Shown here: in pieces, positions 1-9,108 of the stretch
How positions within the stretch are numbered: the stretch's first letter is position 1
Layout: each line of letters starts with the position of its first letter
DNA from: Minisyncoccota bacterium
Lineage (GTDB): Bacteria; Patescibacteriota; Minisyncoccia; Phycocordibacterales; UBA2100
Assembly (NCBI GenBank): GCA_031291875.1
Contig: JARLIE010000040.1
Location: 67,011 to 131,010, forward strand
Direction of reading: 5' to 3'
Length of the DNA: 64,000 bases
Notes under the pieces: model-generated
What the model was told of the DNA's origin: nothing
Database searches by the model: none
The model's input: only the letters and a program-made list of their open reading frames with translations
Position numbers and translations under genes: made by a program

Positions 1-6
1 GGAGCT

Positions 7-2454
7 ATGTATTCATCGCCGCGCACGAACCGCGGAACTTCCATTATCGCGGCGCTTGTTTTCGCCGCCGTGCTCGGAGCGATCGCCCTCAGCCTCAATG
101 CGTTTCAATTAAACTCGGTAACAAACTCATCATTGCCTGCCGCTGCCGCAACGGTTACTCAATCTGATGAAACTTGCCAAGACGGCCAGGATTTCAACTA
201 CACGGTAAGCGCTCAAACGTCGTCAGTCTCGCCGACCTATTCTGAATTCGATGCGTATTTTCCAGTCACCCAGAGCCAAAACGCCGTGAGTGCGCCGAAA
301 ATCGTACAGGTATGTCCGACAGATGCGCAGGCGCTGGAGCAGGCAAAACAGCAGCCGGGAGTCTATTTGTACCAAGGCCAGTATGTTGGATTGCCTGCCT
401 CTCTTTCGCTTTCTCCAAATGTTTCTTCTCGTGCCGGAACGAGCTGCGTCAACGGAAAGCCTGAAACTGCAAATCTATCTTCGGGTTACAAATGTACTTA
501 CATCAAACAAGCCAATAACACCTATACATTACAAAATTGGAAATGCCGCGTCACGTTTACCAATCCTACTCCGGGAGCCCCTCAGGCAGACGCTTGTTGG
601 ATAAAGGACGTACCGGTACAGGGGTCGGTTACGGCGTCGACGCCGGACGCAAGTCAAACTCCGTCTTCGGGGGCGACTCCAAATTCATCGAGTGCAGGCA
701 ACTCTACGATTACCGCAAACCAAACCCTTCCGCCCGCCTGTCAGGCTGACGCAAATTCGGCTGCGTGTCAGGCAGCGCTTGCGACCGCCGGTACCCAAAG
801 CGGATACCAAGGACCTTGTCCGAATGGTCAGACAATTAATGCAAGTACAGGCGCTTGTGAAGCATTTCAAGGACCTTGTCCGAACGGACAAGTTATGGAC
901 GCAACCACAGGCGCCTGCCAAACCCAGGCTGGCTTTCAGGGGCCTTGTCCCAATGGCCAAGTGATGAATAGTGCGGGCCAATGTGGTGCAACGCAACAAC
1001 AAACGCAGACGGGAACGTGCACTGCCAACGGCCAAACGGGCACGTATATGAATGGTCAGTGTGTCGCGCAGGAGGGTGGCACTCAAACCGTAACAACCCA
1101 GACACCGAGTTCAGTAACTACGCAACCGCCAAAAACAAACGGCAGCACTGGCAGCAGCCTTGGAGCGCTTACGTCGTTGCTTGGAGGCCTCACTCGAGGG
1201 CTATCTTCTCCATGTGCGCAAACCGGGATCCAAAATCCGTACACTGGCGGCAACGGAACGTCGTTGGTACCGGTGCAGGTTTACAATCCGACCACCGGTA
1301 CGTATTCGACTACCTATGTCCAGCAGAACAGCACGGCTAACGCCTACGGCACTTCGCAGCCGTGTGCACAGCAACAACAGACTCCGTATGGCGTCGGTTC
1401 CAATGGTGCTGCGTGCGCAGCACCGCCTGCGGCTCCGACCTGCGCTTCAGGTTCGACAGCGCAGCCTGTTTCGGCAAGCGGCAATGGCTGTGTAACCGGT
1501 TATCAATGTGTACCCACAAATTCCACAATCGCTCAGACGCCGACACCGCAGCTTTCGTGTTCGCCGCAAATAGCCGATGTGGGACAACCGGTCGCAATAT
1601 CGTACTCGTGCACGAACGCGACGGCATCTACCGGTTCGGGATTCTCGACCGATAATCAAATGTCTGGTTCCGCAACGGTCACCGTCCAAGCTCCGCCCTC
1701 CGGCACCAACTCTGCGAGCTACGGTCTCACCTGCACCAACAACGGCCAGAACGCGAGCGCGCAATGTCACATCCAGATCAACCAGCCAGCAATTGATCTA
1801 GTCGCGAATCCGCAATCGGTACCGTCGGGACAAACCGCAACGATCGGCTGGGTCACCGCCGGTATGAAATCCTGCGTCATATCGAGTCCGCAAGACACGA
1901 GCTTCACGCAACAAAACGCGAGCAATACCAACGTCAACGGCGCGGCGCAGAGTGATGCGCTCAGTAGCAGCACGGAATTTGATCTGACCTGCACAACGCT
2001 CGGCGGTCAAACGAAGACTGCGTCTACCGTCGTTACGATTGGCGCGACTTCGACCGCCGCGAGTGTAAACGTCAGCTCAACTATCGACGGTCAAAGTGTC
2101 AATCATGGCGGCACGGCGACGATCACCTGGAGTGTCTCGAATCCTCCGAGCAACTCGGCTGTCGCCCTTTGGCTCATCGACCTACGCAGTGAGCAGGCGA
2201 CAGCACTCATCGCTAGCAATCAGTCAATGAGCGGCACCTACCAATGGCAATTGCCGGCGGCAGGAAGCTCGTGCGACCAAAATTCTCTCGCGCCATGTGC
2301 GGCAGATATCGTTGCCGGAAATTCTTACGGCATTGAAGCTTCCGTCTACACGCCGCCGAATGCGTATTTTGGATCATCCGTTCCATCCGGTTCTGTCGGA
2401 CCGAACTACTTGGATTACGGCTACACCGCGAACCCGTTTACGGTCGGCCAATAA
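7..2454 (+). CDS. secreted Cys-repeat / Ser-Thr-Gln-rich surface protein
   Basis: 815-aa ORF. N-terminal signal/TM (IIAALVFAAVLGAIALSL). Three tandem Cys repeats QGPCPNGQ-x-TGAC. Low-complexity S/T/Q region, then C-terminal Cys-paired Ig-like repeats. Confidence 0.6.
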   Translation: MYSSPRTNRGTSIIAALVFAAVLGAIALSLNAFQLNSVTNSSLPAAAATVTQSDETCQDGQDFNYTVSAQTSSVSPTYSEFDAYFPVTQSQNAVSAPKIVQVCPTDAQALEQAKQQPGVYLYQGQYVGLPASLSLSPNVSSRAGTSCVNGKPETANLSSGYKCTYIKQANNTYTLQNWKCRVTFTNPTPGAPQADACWIKDVPVQGSVTASTPDASQTPSSGATPNSSSAGNSTITANQTLPPACQADANSAACQAALATAGTQSGYQGPCPNGQTINASTGACEAFQGPCPNGQVMDATTGACQTQAGFQGPCPNGQVMNSAGQCGATQQQTQTGTCTANGQTGTYMNGQCVAQEGGTQTVTTQTPSSVTTQPPKTNGSTGSSLGALTSLLGGLTRGLSSPCAQTGIQNPYTGGNGTSLVPVQVYNPTTGTYSTTYVQQNSTANAYGTSQPCAQQQQTPYGVGSNGAACAAPPAAPTCASGSTAQPVSASGNGCVTGYQCVPTNSTIAQTPTPQLSCSPQIADVGQPVAISYSCTNATASTGSGFSTDNQMSGSATVTVQAPPSGTNSASYGLTCTNNGQNASAQCHIQINQPAIDLVANPQSVPSGQTATIGWVTAGMKSCVISSPQDTSFTQQNASNTNVNGAAQSDALSSSTEFDLTCTTLGGQTKTASTVVTIGATSTAASVNVSSTIDGQSVNHGGTATITWSVSNPPSNSAVALWLIDLRSEQATALIASNQSMSGTYQWQLPAAGSSCDQNSLAPCAADIVAGNSYGIEASVYTPPNAYFGSSVPSGSVGPNYLDYGYTANPFTVGQ

Positions 2455-2478
2455 ATTCCCGGTGCTACAATAGAAGCG

Positions 2479-2952
2479 ATGCCGCCGCAACGACACGTCT
2501 TGCGCTGGAGCGCGTACGAGCACGAATTCAACGAGCGAGGAGCCGATTGGTTTTGGGCGCTCGGCATTATTGCTGTGTGCGGCGCAGCACTCAGCGTACT
2601 CTTTCAAGACACGCTCTTTGGAATTTTGATTCTTATCGCGGCATTCGCATTCGGCTTGCTTGCCAATACGCCGCCCGAGCTCGCGACTTTCGAAATTTCC
2701 GATAGGGGAATTCGCATCAATGGTATTTTGCATCGGTACGATGAGATTATTTCGTTTTGGGTGGAAGACGAACATCACAAGGGGCGTCCGCTCTTGCTCG
2801 TCGACACCACAAAATTCATGTCGCCGAATTTCATTATCCCGATCGAAGGCATCGATTCACACCTCGTTCGTCGTTTTCTCAAACAACATGCCAAAGAGTT
2901 GCCGATGAAGGAGCCGCTTTCGCACAAGATCGTGGAGTTTTTCGGACTCTAG
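2479..2952 (+). CDS. hypothetical membrane protein (2 TM + small soluble domain)
   Basis: 157-aa ORF with two hydrophobic helices (WFWALGIIAVCGAALSVLF, ILILIAAFAFGLLA). No recognisable catalytic motif. Confidence 0.45.
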   Translation: MPPQRHVLRWSAYEHEFNERGADWFWALGIIAVCGAALSVLFQDTLFGILILIAAFAFGLLANTPPELATFEISDRGIRINGILHRYDEIISFWVEDEHHKGRPLLLVDTTKFMSPNFIIPIEGIDSHLVRRFLKQHAKELPMKEPLSHKIVEFFGL

Positions 2953-2985
2953 GTTCGTGGTACAACTGGATGCGCAAGCACATAG

Positions 2986-3073
2986 GGAGGGGTGGCAGAG
3001 CGGTCTATTGCACCTGTCTTGAAAACAGGAGTGTCGCAAGGCACCATGAGTTCGAATCTCATCCCCTCCGCCA
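2986..3073 (+). tRNA. tRNA-Ser (anticodon TGA)
   Basis: Cloverleaf by hand: acceptor GGAGGGG/CCCCTCC, U8, anticodon loop cTTGAaa, long variable arm, T-loop GTTCGAATC, encoded CCA. Confidence 0.85.
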
Positions 3074-3172
3074 ATAGTTTTTATCGGAGACGCTGAATCA
3101 ACGGATTTTTCTTGAAAAGCAGTGCTGGTAACTGCATTCATCCGCATCTATAAAGCTAGTCTTTGCTATAGG

Positions 3173-4219
3173 TCAGAAAAGTTTGGTATTGGGATAGGAG
3201 AGCGATACGTTGGTCCCGCTGCTGTTGCTTATCACAACTAGCTCGGCACTGAGCTGTTTTGCAAGGGACGCGACGATACTTGTCCCGAGCCCTTGATTGT
3301 CGGGGTTCTTAATGTACCCGACGCCATTATCTTCTATGGTCAATTTCCACCCTGCACCCTTAGTTTGAAAACTCACGAGGATTTTTCCTTCTCCGCGCGG
3401 GAAGGCGTACTTAAGGGCGTTTATGACAAGCTCCGTGGTCGCAAGTCCAAAACTAATTGCCTGCTCCGAACTCACGCGACCTGCCTGCGCCGCCACTTCG
3501 AGAACTATAGGTTTGCGACCCCCGATCATGGATTTGGCGAGACTTTCACACAGTCCGGTCAAATACGGTCCGACCTCAACCTTGTCAGCCAACAACCCCA
3601 CCGGATCAAGATGCCGCTGGACCGTAGCAATCGAGAGGATCCGCTCATGTGCATCCGTCAAATGCAGGCGTGCCTCCTCCGAACCGACCGAGTCTGCCTT
3701 TAGAAGAAGGATGCTGGCAATTAACTGTAAGCTGTTTGCAATACGATGCCGCATCTCTTGTAAGAGAAGATTTTTTTGTTCGATTAACTTTTCTAACTCC
3801 TTTTCAATGTTTCGTTGGTCTGTAATATCATCGATCGAGAGAAGCATTTTCTTTCTTCCGTTTTCGTACCGAATTTCGCAAGCATTCACCAGCATCGTGC
3901 GCTTGCCGAGGGTTACAAAATCGTGGACGACCTCATAGTCTTCAACAATCGTATGTTCTGGAATTACTTGTTCAAGTAATTTCCGAAGTGCAGGTACATT
4001 CCACTCGCCATTTCCAAGTTCGTAGAACATTTTGTCGTATGTAGCCTCATGCGATACGCCAAATTTTTTATAAAAAGAGCGACTTGCGGCAATAATTCGC
4101 AATTCTTCGTCGAGTACTATAAGCGGCTCGCGAATGGTGTCTATGATCGCCCGTGTGAGTATGTGACCATCCTTTGGGTCGCCTAAGGGGTCTCGAACCC
4201 CTTCGCGCTTGTCCATCAC
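3173..4219 (-). CDS. sensor histidine kinase (PAS + HisKA_2/HWE-type + HATPase)
   Basis: 348-aa ORF. H-box HRIANSLQLIASIL. ATPase G-boxes DNGVGY...GLGTSIV. No cognate regulator adjacent. Confidence 0.75.
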   Translation of the reverse strand: MMDKREGVRDPLGDPKDGHILTRAIIDTIREPLIVLDEELRIIAASRSFYKKFGVSHEATYDKMFYELGNGEWNVPALRKLLEQVIPEHTIVEDYEVVHDFVTLGKRTMLVNACEIRYENGRKKMLLSIDDITDQRNIEKELEKLIEQKNLLLQEMRHRIANSLQLIASILLLKADSVGSEEARLHLTDAHERILSIATVQRHLDPVGLLADKVEVGPYLTGLCESLAKSMIGGRKPIVLEVAAQAGRVSSEQAISFGLATTELVINALKYAFPRGEGKILVSFQTKGAGWKLTIEDNGVGYIKNPDNQGLGTSIVASLAKQLSAELVVISNSSGTNVSLSYPNTKLF

Positions 4220-4962
4220 TCACTCAATAGTATACCTATTCTGCATGAGAGCTAGGTGAAGACTTAATGATGAGCCTCCCCACTATATATTCATCTGCGA
4301 ACGTGTACACTGCGCTCCTATGAAAGAAATTCGCACGCATCGAAAAGATGAACGTCACGCTATGTGGAAACCTGCCCGTCTCGAAGGAAAGGTGAGAAAC
4401 AAAGGAATAAATCCCATTAAGAAGTCCAAGAAAATGTCGCTTAAAACGGCAAGATAAAATTACCACCACTGTCTATCGAAGAGGGAAACGGATCTGCGAT
4501 GATAGCTCCTTGGCGAACCAGGTGCCATCAACCGCGCACCTGATTTTGTGAGCGTGTGGTTCCCGACAAGGAAAAATTCTTCGCTTGCTTGTGTGTTTTT
4601 ACTTTCTTTGCGGGTCAAAAAGAGATATTCCATACCGTAGAGCCTATCGTAGCAAGCGTGTGGTGAAGGCATGGTGAGTGTTGCGAGGCGCTGGCCTCAC
4701 GCTTGCTTCATGGGTGATACGGTACGTTGAATACGTCGAACGTATTCTAAATCCAAAGCGGCACATTTGTTGTTGTCGCGTACGTGTACAATCCGGAAAT
4801 AGTCAGCCGAGAGTCTCGGCTCGCTCATCTCTCCTTTGCACTAACAATCATCGGAAGGCTGGCGCGTCTTGCCTTTATTCCTTTTACCAGTGGGCTATCC
4901 GCCCGCGTTATCCTTGCGTATTTCCTAGTACGCTCCACGTTACCAAAACAAGTACCATCCGC

Positions 4963-6678
4963 ATGAAAAAAACAATTTTAAGACGCATTACTAAATCCTT
5001 GTCGATGCTCGCGGCCTCAGCGCTCGTGCTCGGCACGTTCGGGGCAGTTGCTCCGCTCGCGTTCGCCGCAACTGCCCCGACGACCGGCACGCCGACGAAC
5101 ATTACAACCAGTGACGCAACCCTCAACGGAACAAACGGCGATACGGCCGCTACTGCTTCCTCATTCTGGGTCTCAACGAGCACCTTCTCAACAGCAACTC
5201 CGACGTTGCCGGCAGGTGTCTACTCGACCGCGGATCTCGGGCCTCAAGCGGTAGGTGCCGCATACGCTGCCGCTCTTTCCTCGACAGTAGGACTTCCCAC
5301 GGTGACAGCTGACACGACCTACTACTACGCTGCCTGGACTGATGTTGGCGGCACCTGGTCGCCTGGCTCGATAGTGCAATTCACCACTGTTTCTTCGCCG
5401 ACGATCACGAGTGCCAATCCGGCTTCAGGGTCTACGGCGGGAGGCACCGCCATCACGATCACGGGCACCGAATTCAATAGCGGTGCGAGCGTGATGATCG
5501 GCGGAGCGGCAGCGACGAATGTCGTTGTTGCGAGCTCCACGTCGATTACGGCAACGACGCCAGCCGGTACAGCTGGTTCGCAAAACGTTGTCGTCACCAA
5601 CACCGATGGGGGAACCACTACCTCGACGGGTGCATTCACGTACATGACACCGGTAAACTCCTCAGTGACGACCACTCCGGCAAGTTCAGTGACCTCCACA
5701 GACGCAACTCTTAATGGGCTTATGGGAGCCTCTGCAGCGACCGGCCACTCATTTTGGGTTTCCACCAGCACATTCAGCACGGCTAGTGCGACAATTCCGG
5801 CCGGTGTCTACTCCACTGCCGATTTGGGTCCGATTGCGGCAGCAACCGCATTCTCAGCTGCGCTTAGCTCAGCGACGGGACTTCCTACAGTCACGGCAAG
5901 CACAACCTACTACTTCGCTGCCTGGGCTAATGTCGGTGGCATGTGGTCTCCGGGTGCAGTTCTAAGCTTCACGACCGCTAGCAGTGGCACAGCGCTCGCT
6001 CCGACTGTCTCTTCTATTGCTCCGACATCAGGAACAACAGCTGGCGGCACCTCGGTAACGATTACGGGCACCGGATTCACTGGTGCAACAGCAGTACACT
6101 TCGGTTCTTCCCTTGCCACAATTACGGGAACGACAAGCAGTACTTCGATAACAGCGACCTCTCCCGCAACAACGACCGCGGGTATCGTTGATGTGACGGT
6201 CACGACGCCGGCAGGCAGTAGTGCCACTAGCTCGGCCGACCACTACACCTACCAGATTGGCGGAACAGTAACTGGCGGCACCCAACCAGGTGGCACCCTC
6301 GCGGTGACGTCGATTACGCCGGTACAAACGAGCGGAACTGCTGACGGCACCTATGCGAATGGTTGGAGCTACATCTTCAACATCACGGTACCGACAAGCG
6401 AACCGAATCTCTCAATGGAGTTCTCGAACTGGCTTGACTCGGCATCCGACACAATTCCGGTTGCAGGCAATATGCAGATTTCTTCTGCGCAGGCCTCCAA
6501 CACGGCTCCGGTCACCATTAGCGCTGCGAACACGTTTTCGTCACCGCTCCACATGATCGGTAACCTCTCCACCTCAACACCGGGACTGCACGTGCAGGTT
6601 TTGGTACAGGTGAAGATTCCTCTGAACACGGTGAATGGTTCGTACACGACAAATTACGGCGTTCAGACACTTCAGTAA
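4963..6678 (+). CDS. secreted IPT/TIG-repeat surface protein with internal tandem duplication
   Basis: ATG at 4963 gives signal peptide MKKTILRRITKSLSMLAASALVLGTFGAVAPLAFA. Ser/Thr/Gly-rich. Two ~194-aa tandem units (TLNG...FTT module + IPT-like ITGTxF domain). The ORF-track start at 4678 has no signal peptide. Confidence 0.65.
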   Translation: MKKTILRRITKSLSMLAASALVLGTFGAVAPLAFAATAPTTGTPTNITTSDATLNGTNGDTAATASSFWVSTSTFSTATPTLPAGVYSTADLGPQAVGAAYAAALSSTVGLPTVTADTTYYYAAWTDVGGTWSPGSIVQFTTVSSPTITSANPASGSTAGGTAITITGTEFNSGASVMIGGAAATNVVVASSTSITATTPAGTAGSQNVVVTNTDGGTTTSTGAFTYMTPVNSSVTTTPASSVTSTDATLNGLMGASAATGHSFWVSTSTFSTASATIPAGVYSTADLGPIAAATAFSAALSSATGLPTVTASTTYYFAAWANVGGMWSPGAVLSFTTASSGTALAPTVSSIAPTSGTTAGGTSVTITGTGFTGATAVHFGSSLATITGTTSSTSITATSPATTTAGIVDVTVTTPAGSSATSSADHYTYQIGGTVTGGTQPGGTLAVTSITPVQTSGTADGTYANGWSYIFNITVPTSEPNLSMEFSNWLDSASDTIPVAGNMQISSAQASNTAPVTISAANTFSSPLHMIGNLSTSTPGLHVQVLVQVKIPLNTVNGSYTTNYGVQTLQ

Positions 6679-6697
6679 TATCGCTCATAGTAACTGT

Positions 6698-7243
6698 ATG
6701 ACTCACATCATTAGGAACTTACTGGTGAGCGCCACGATCGTCGTGGCGCTCACCGCGGGCTGCACAACGATCGCATCCGCTTCTGTTGTAACCGGCACCC
6801 TTACTTCAACTGGTGGTTCGACAAGCGGTGGTTCCATCGTCACCGGAACGATCACTGGTGGTACCGGGACGGGTTCTACCGCAACGGGCACGATAACCGG
6901 CACAACTAATCCTAGCGGCTCACTCTCCGGTACCGTAACTGGCGGATCCTCAGCGGGAGGTGGCGGAGGAGGTGGAAGTAGTGGCGGCGGGGGGAACGGC
7001 CCGATCGTCGGTTCCGGAGGCACCGTTGGAACGCCGGCAGGACAGGTACTCGGCGCGTCCACTGGACCACTCGGACTAGGCTCTTCGGCTTCTGGCTCAG
7101 CTGTTCCGGGGAGTCCCGATACGGGTGCAGGTGGGACCGCTCCATTGAATGACCTTGCGCTTGCTCTTTCTGGATTGGTTGCGCTCTCTAGCATTACGGC
7201 GCTCGTTCTCAAGAGAAAGAGCCCGGCAGTTCGATTCATCTAA
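6698..7243 (+). CDS. secreted Gly/Thr/Ser-rich protein with C-terminal sorting-signal-like tail
   Basis: ATG at 6698, N-terminal TM/signal, poly-Gly/Thr low complexity. C-terminus SPDTG + hydrophobic helix + KRKS resembles an LPXTG-type tripartite signal. Confidence 0.55.
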   Translation: MTHIIRNLLVSATIVVALTAGCTTIASASVVTGTLTSTGGSTSGGSIVTGTITGGTGTGSTATGTITGTTNPSGSLSGTVTGGSSAGGGGGGGSSGGGGNGPIVGSGGTVGTPAGQVLGASTGPLGLGSSASGSAVPGSPDTGAGGTAPLNDLALALSGLVALSSITALVLKRKSPAVRFI

Positions 7244-7309
7244 CACACTTAACTCGTGCGAGCGTAGTACGAGTTCGATGAAAAATTACACAAATTCAAA
7301 AAATAAACT

Positions 7310-7429
7310 ATGGCACTCACTACCGTTGAAGAGAAAGAGATCGCAGATAAGAAGGCTGCGGAAGATCGCGAAAAGATGGAAGCGGACAATAAAAAGAAAA
7401 ACGAAGAGAAGCCGACACCATCGAAGTAG
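7310..7429 (+). CDS. small charged hypothetical protein (39 aa)
   Basis: ATG..TAG ORF MALTTVEEKEIADKKAAEDREKMEADNKKKNEEKPTPSK, immediately followed by a strong terminator. No RBS. Below the ORF-track size cut-off. Confidence 0.25.
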   Translation: MALTTVEEKEIADKKAAEDREKMEADNKKKNEEKPTPSK

Positions 7430-7431
7430 CC

Positions 7432-7458
7432 AAAAGCCCCCTACCCAGGGGGCTTTTG
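7432..7458 (+). terminator. rho-independent terminator
   Basis: GCCCCCT-accc-AGGGGGC stem followed by TTTT. Confidence 0.6.
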
Positions 7459-7513
7459 ATAGGTGAGGCCATCGGAGGATTACAACCATGCCGCTCGTGC
7501 CATACTGTATTTT

Positions 7514-8566
7514 ATGGATCCTTGGAAGACGTTCGCGCATTACTTCGTCCCGAACAAACGCAATAGATACAAGCCACTCTTTTTGCGTATCGAAACGGCG
7601 AGCGTCGTCGCGTTCACGATCGTCGCGCTGTTTGTTCTCTCTGTAGTGATGCAGCGCATCCTCGTCGTCAACCGTTCGCCTCAAGTCGCCGCTGTCGTTG
7701 TATCGACGCTGATTGATCTTGCCAACTCTGACCGCATACAAAATGATCTGCCGCCCCTTACCGCAAGCCCCGAGCTACAAGCGGCGGCGCAGATGAAAGC
7801 AAACGATATGGTTGCCAAGGGATATTTCGCGCATGAGTCTCCCGATGGGTACGATCCATGGTATTGGTTCACGCAGGCGGGATACAATTTTGTATACGCG
7901 GGTGAGAATCTTGCCGTCTATTTTTCTGATTCTACCGCCGTGAATACCGCATGGATGAATTCGCCGGAGCATCGCGCGAACATCCTAAATATTCATTTCA
8001 CTCAGATCGGTATTGCTACCGCCGAGGGTATGTACAAAGGGCAGCAAACGACGTTTGTCGTGCAAGAATTTGGAACCCCGACCACTGCTGCGAACACTGC
8101 AACAGAAGCCCCGGTAGTGGCACAGGGGAGTGCAACCGTGTCTGCTACGACTACGCAATCGGCTAGCAGTGCTACCTTACGATCCCCAAAAGTCGACGGG
8201 GCAACAATCCACAAGCAGAATCTGAAGGTGATCACTCAAGACGCAAATTTCATTGCGGTTGAAAATCTGAATAGCAATGTGGCAAGCACGGTAGTGGCAA
8301 ATGTTGCCTTGGCAGATATGACGCCGGCCCCCAACACAATCTCATTGTTCTTTCTTAGCTTGATAACTTCACCCGAAAACGATCTCACTATCGCCTATGT
8401 GATCATCGCAGCGATCATCATTCTTGCGCTCCTCCTTGAGGTTGGTATTGAACTCAAGCGTCAGCACCCGCACAGGATAGTTCTTGGACTTTCACTCGTC
8501 GGCCTCATGCTTGCGCTACTTTTTGTTGGCCATGCCTTCGTTTTTGGGCACTTGGCAATCGCATAG
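7514..8566 (+). CDS. CAP/SCP (PR-1-like, YkwD-type) domain membrane protein
   Basis: CAP signature GYFAHESPDG...NSPEHRANIL. N- and C-terminal TM segments. ATG at 7514 preferred over the GTG at 7463, which lies inside the terminator hairpin. Confidence 0.6.
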   Translation: MDPWKTFAHYFVPNKRNRYKPLFLRIETASVVAFTIVALFVLSVVMQRILVVNRSPQVAAVVVSTLIDLANSDRIQNDLPPLTASPELQAAAQMKANDMVAKGYFAHESPDGYDPWYWFTQAGYNFVYAGENLAVYFSDSTAVNTAWMNSPEHRANILNIHFTQIGIATAEGMYKGQQTTFVVQEFGTPTTAANTATEAPVVAQGSATVSATTTQSASSATLRSPKVDGATIHKQNLKVITQDANFIAVENLNSNVASTVVANVALADMTPAPNTISLFFLSLITSPENDLTIAYVIIAAIIILALLLEVGIELKRQHPHRIVLGLSLVGLMLALLFVGHAFVFGHLAIA

Positions 8567-8670
8567 GAGAAGGCTGTAAGTAGTTTCGCCGCCTAAGCAA
8601 GAAAGAAAGGGTAGTTTGACTTTTGCCTGTAATTAGGTAAGTTACTTACATAGTAAGCGTCTTACCTTCT

Positions 8671-9108
8671 ATGACCACCCGAAAAGAACTTATCGATCAG
8701 CTCATCCAAGAGCTCCGGCCCGTTAAGCGTTTTTTGAGTCCGGTTGCTTCACATAAAGGGGATATTACCCCTTCGCAGTGGGCGGTGCTTGGCCTTTTAC
8801 GGCAGGGACCCCTCACGGTCAAAGAAGTAGCCGCGACACTCGGCATTAGTTCGAGCGCCGCTACGCAGCTTGTTGACGCCCTAGTCAAAGCCGGCCATAT
8901 CGACCGCGCGGAAAGTGCAGAGGATCGACGGGCCGTCACGCTTACCATGAGCAAAAAGACAGCCGTTCATGTCGCAAAAATGAGAGAGGAACACGTGTCC
9001 CGCCTCTCCGTCATGTTTGAAATCTTGAGCGACACAGAATTAAAAACCTACGTTGCCCTTACGAAGAAAATCGCTGAAGCGGTAACGAATAAAACTTCTA
9101 CTCTATGA
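8671..9108 (+). CDS. MarR-family transcriptional regulator
   Basis: 145 aa, winged-HTH core LTVKEVAATLGISSSAATQLVDALVKAGHIDRAESAEDRRAV. Confidence 0.75.
   Translation: MTTRKELIDQLIQELRPVKRFLSPVASHKGDITPSQWAVLGLLRQGPLTVKEVAATLGISSSAATQLVDALVKAGHIDRAESAEDRRAVTLTMSKKTAVHVAKMREEHVSRLSVMFEILSDTELKTYVALTKKIAEAVTNKTSTL

Noticed and set aside
685-1086. Many 60-300-aa ORFs on the strand opposite to, or out of frame with, long conserved genes (e.g. 685-1086-, 20516-21409+, 34695-35654+, 53339-53941-, 55920-56726-).
   Set aside because: They lie entirely inside well-supported genes on the other strand or frame. They have Arg/Pro/Ala-rich composition typical of antisense frames in GC-rich DNA and no recognisable motifs.
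4678-4962. Upstream extension of the IPT-repeat protein ORF starting at 4678.
   Set aside because: The extension has no signal peptide and odd composition. The ATG at 4963 gives a canonical Lys-rich n-region plus hydrophobic signal peptide.
6900-7100. Possible coding-repeat or microsatellite expansion (GGT/GGC/GGA runs).
   Set aside because: It is in frame within the Gly/Thr-rich surface protein and encodes poly-Gly/Ser linker sequence. The minus-strand Pro-rich ORF 6703-7239 is its antisense shadow.
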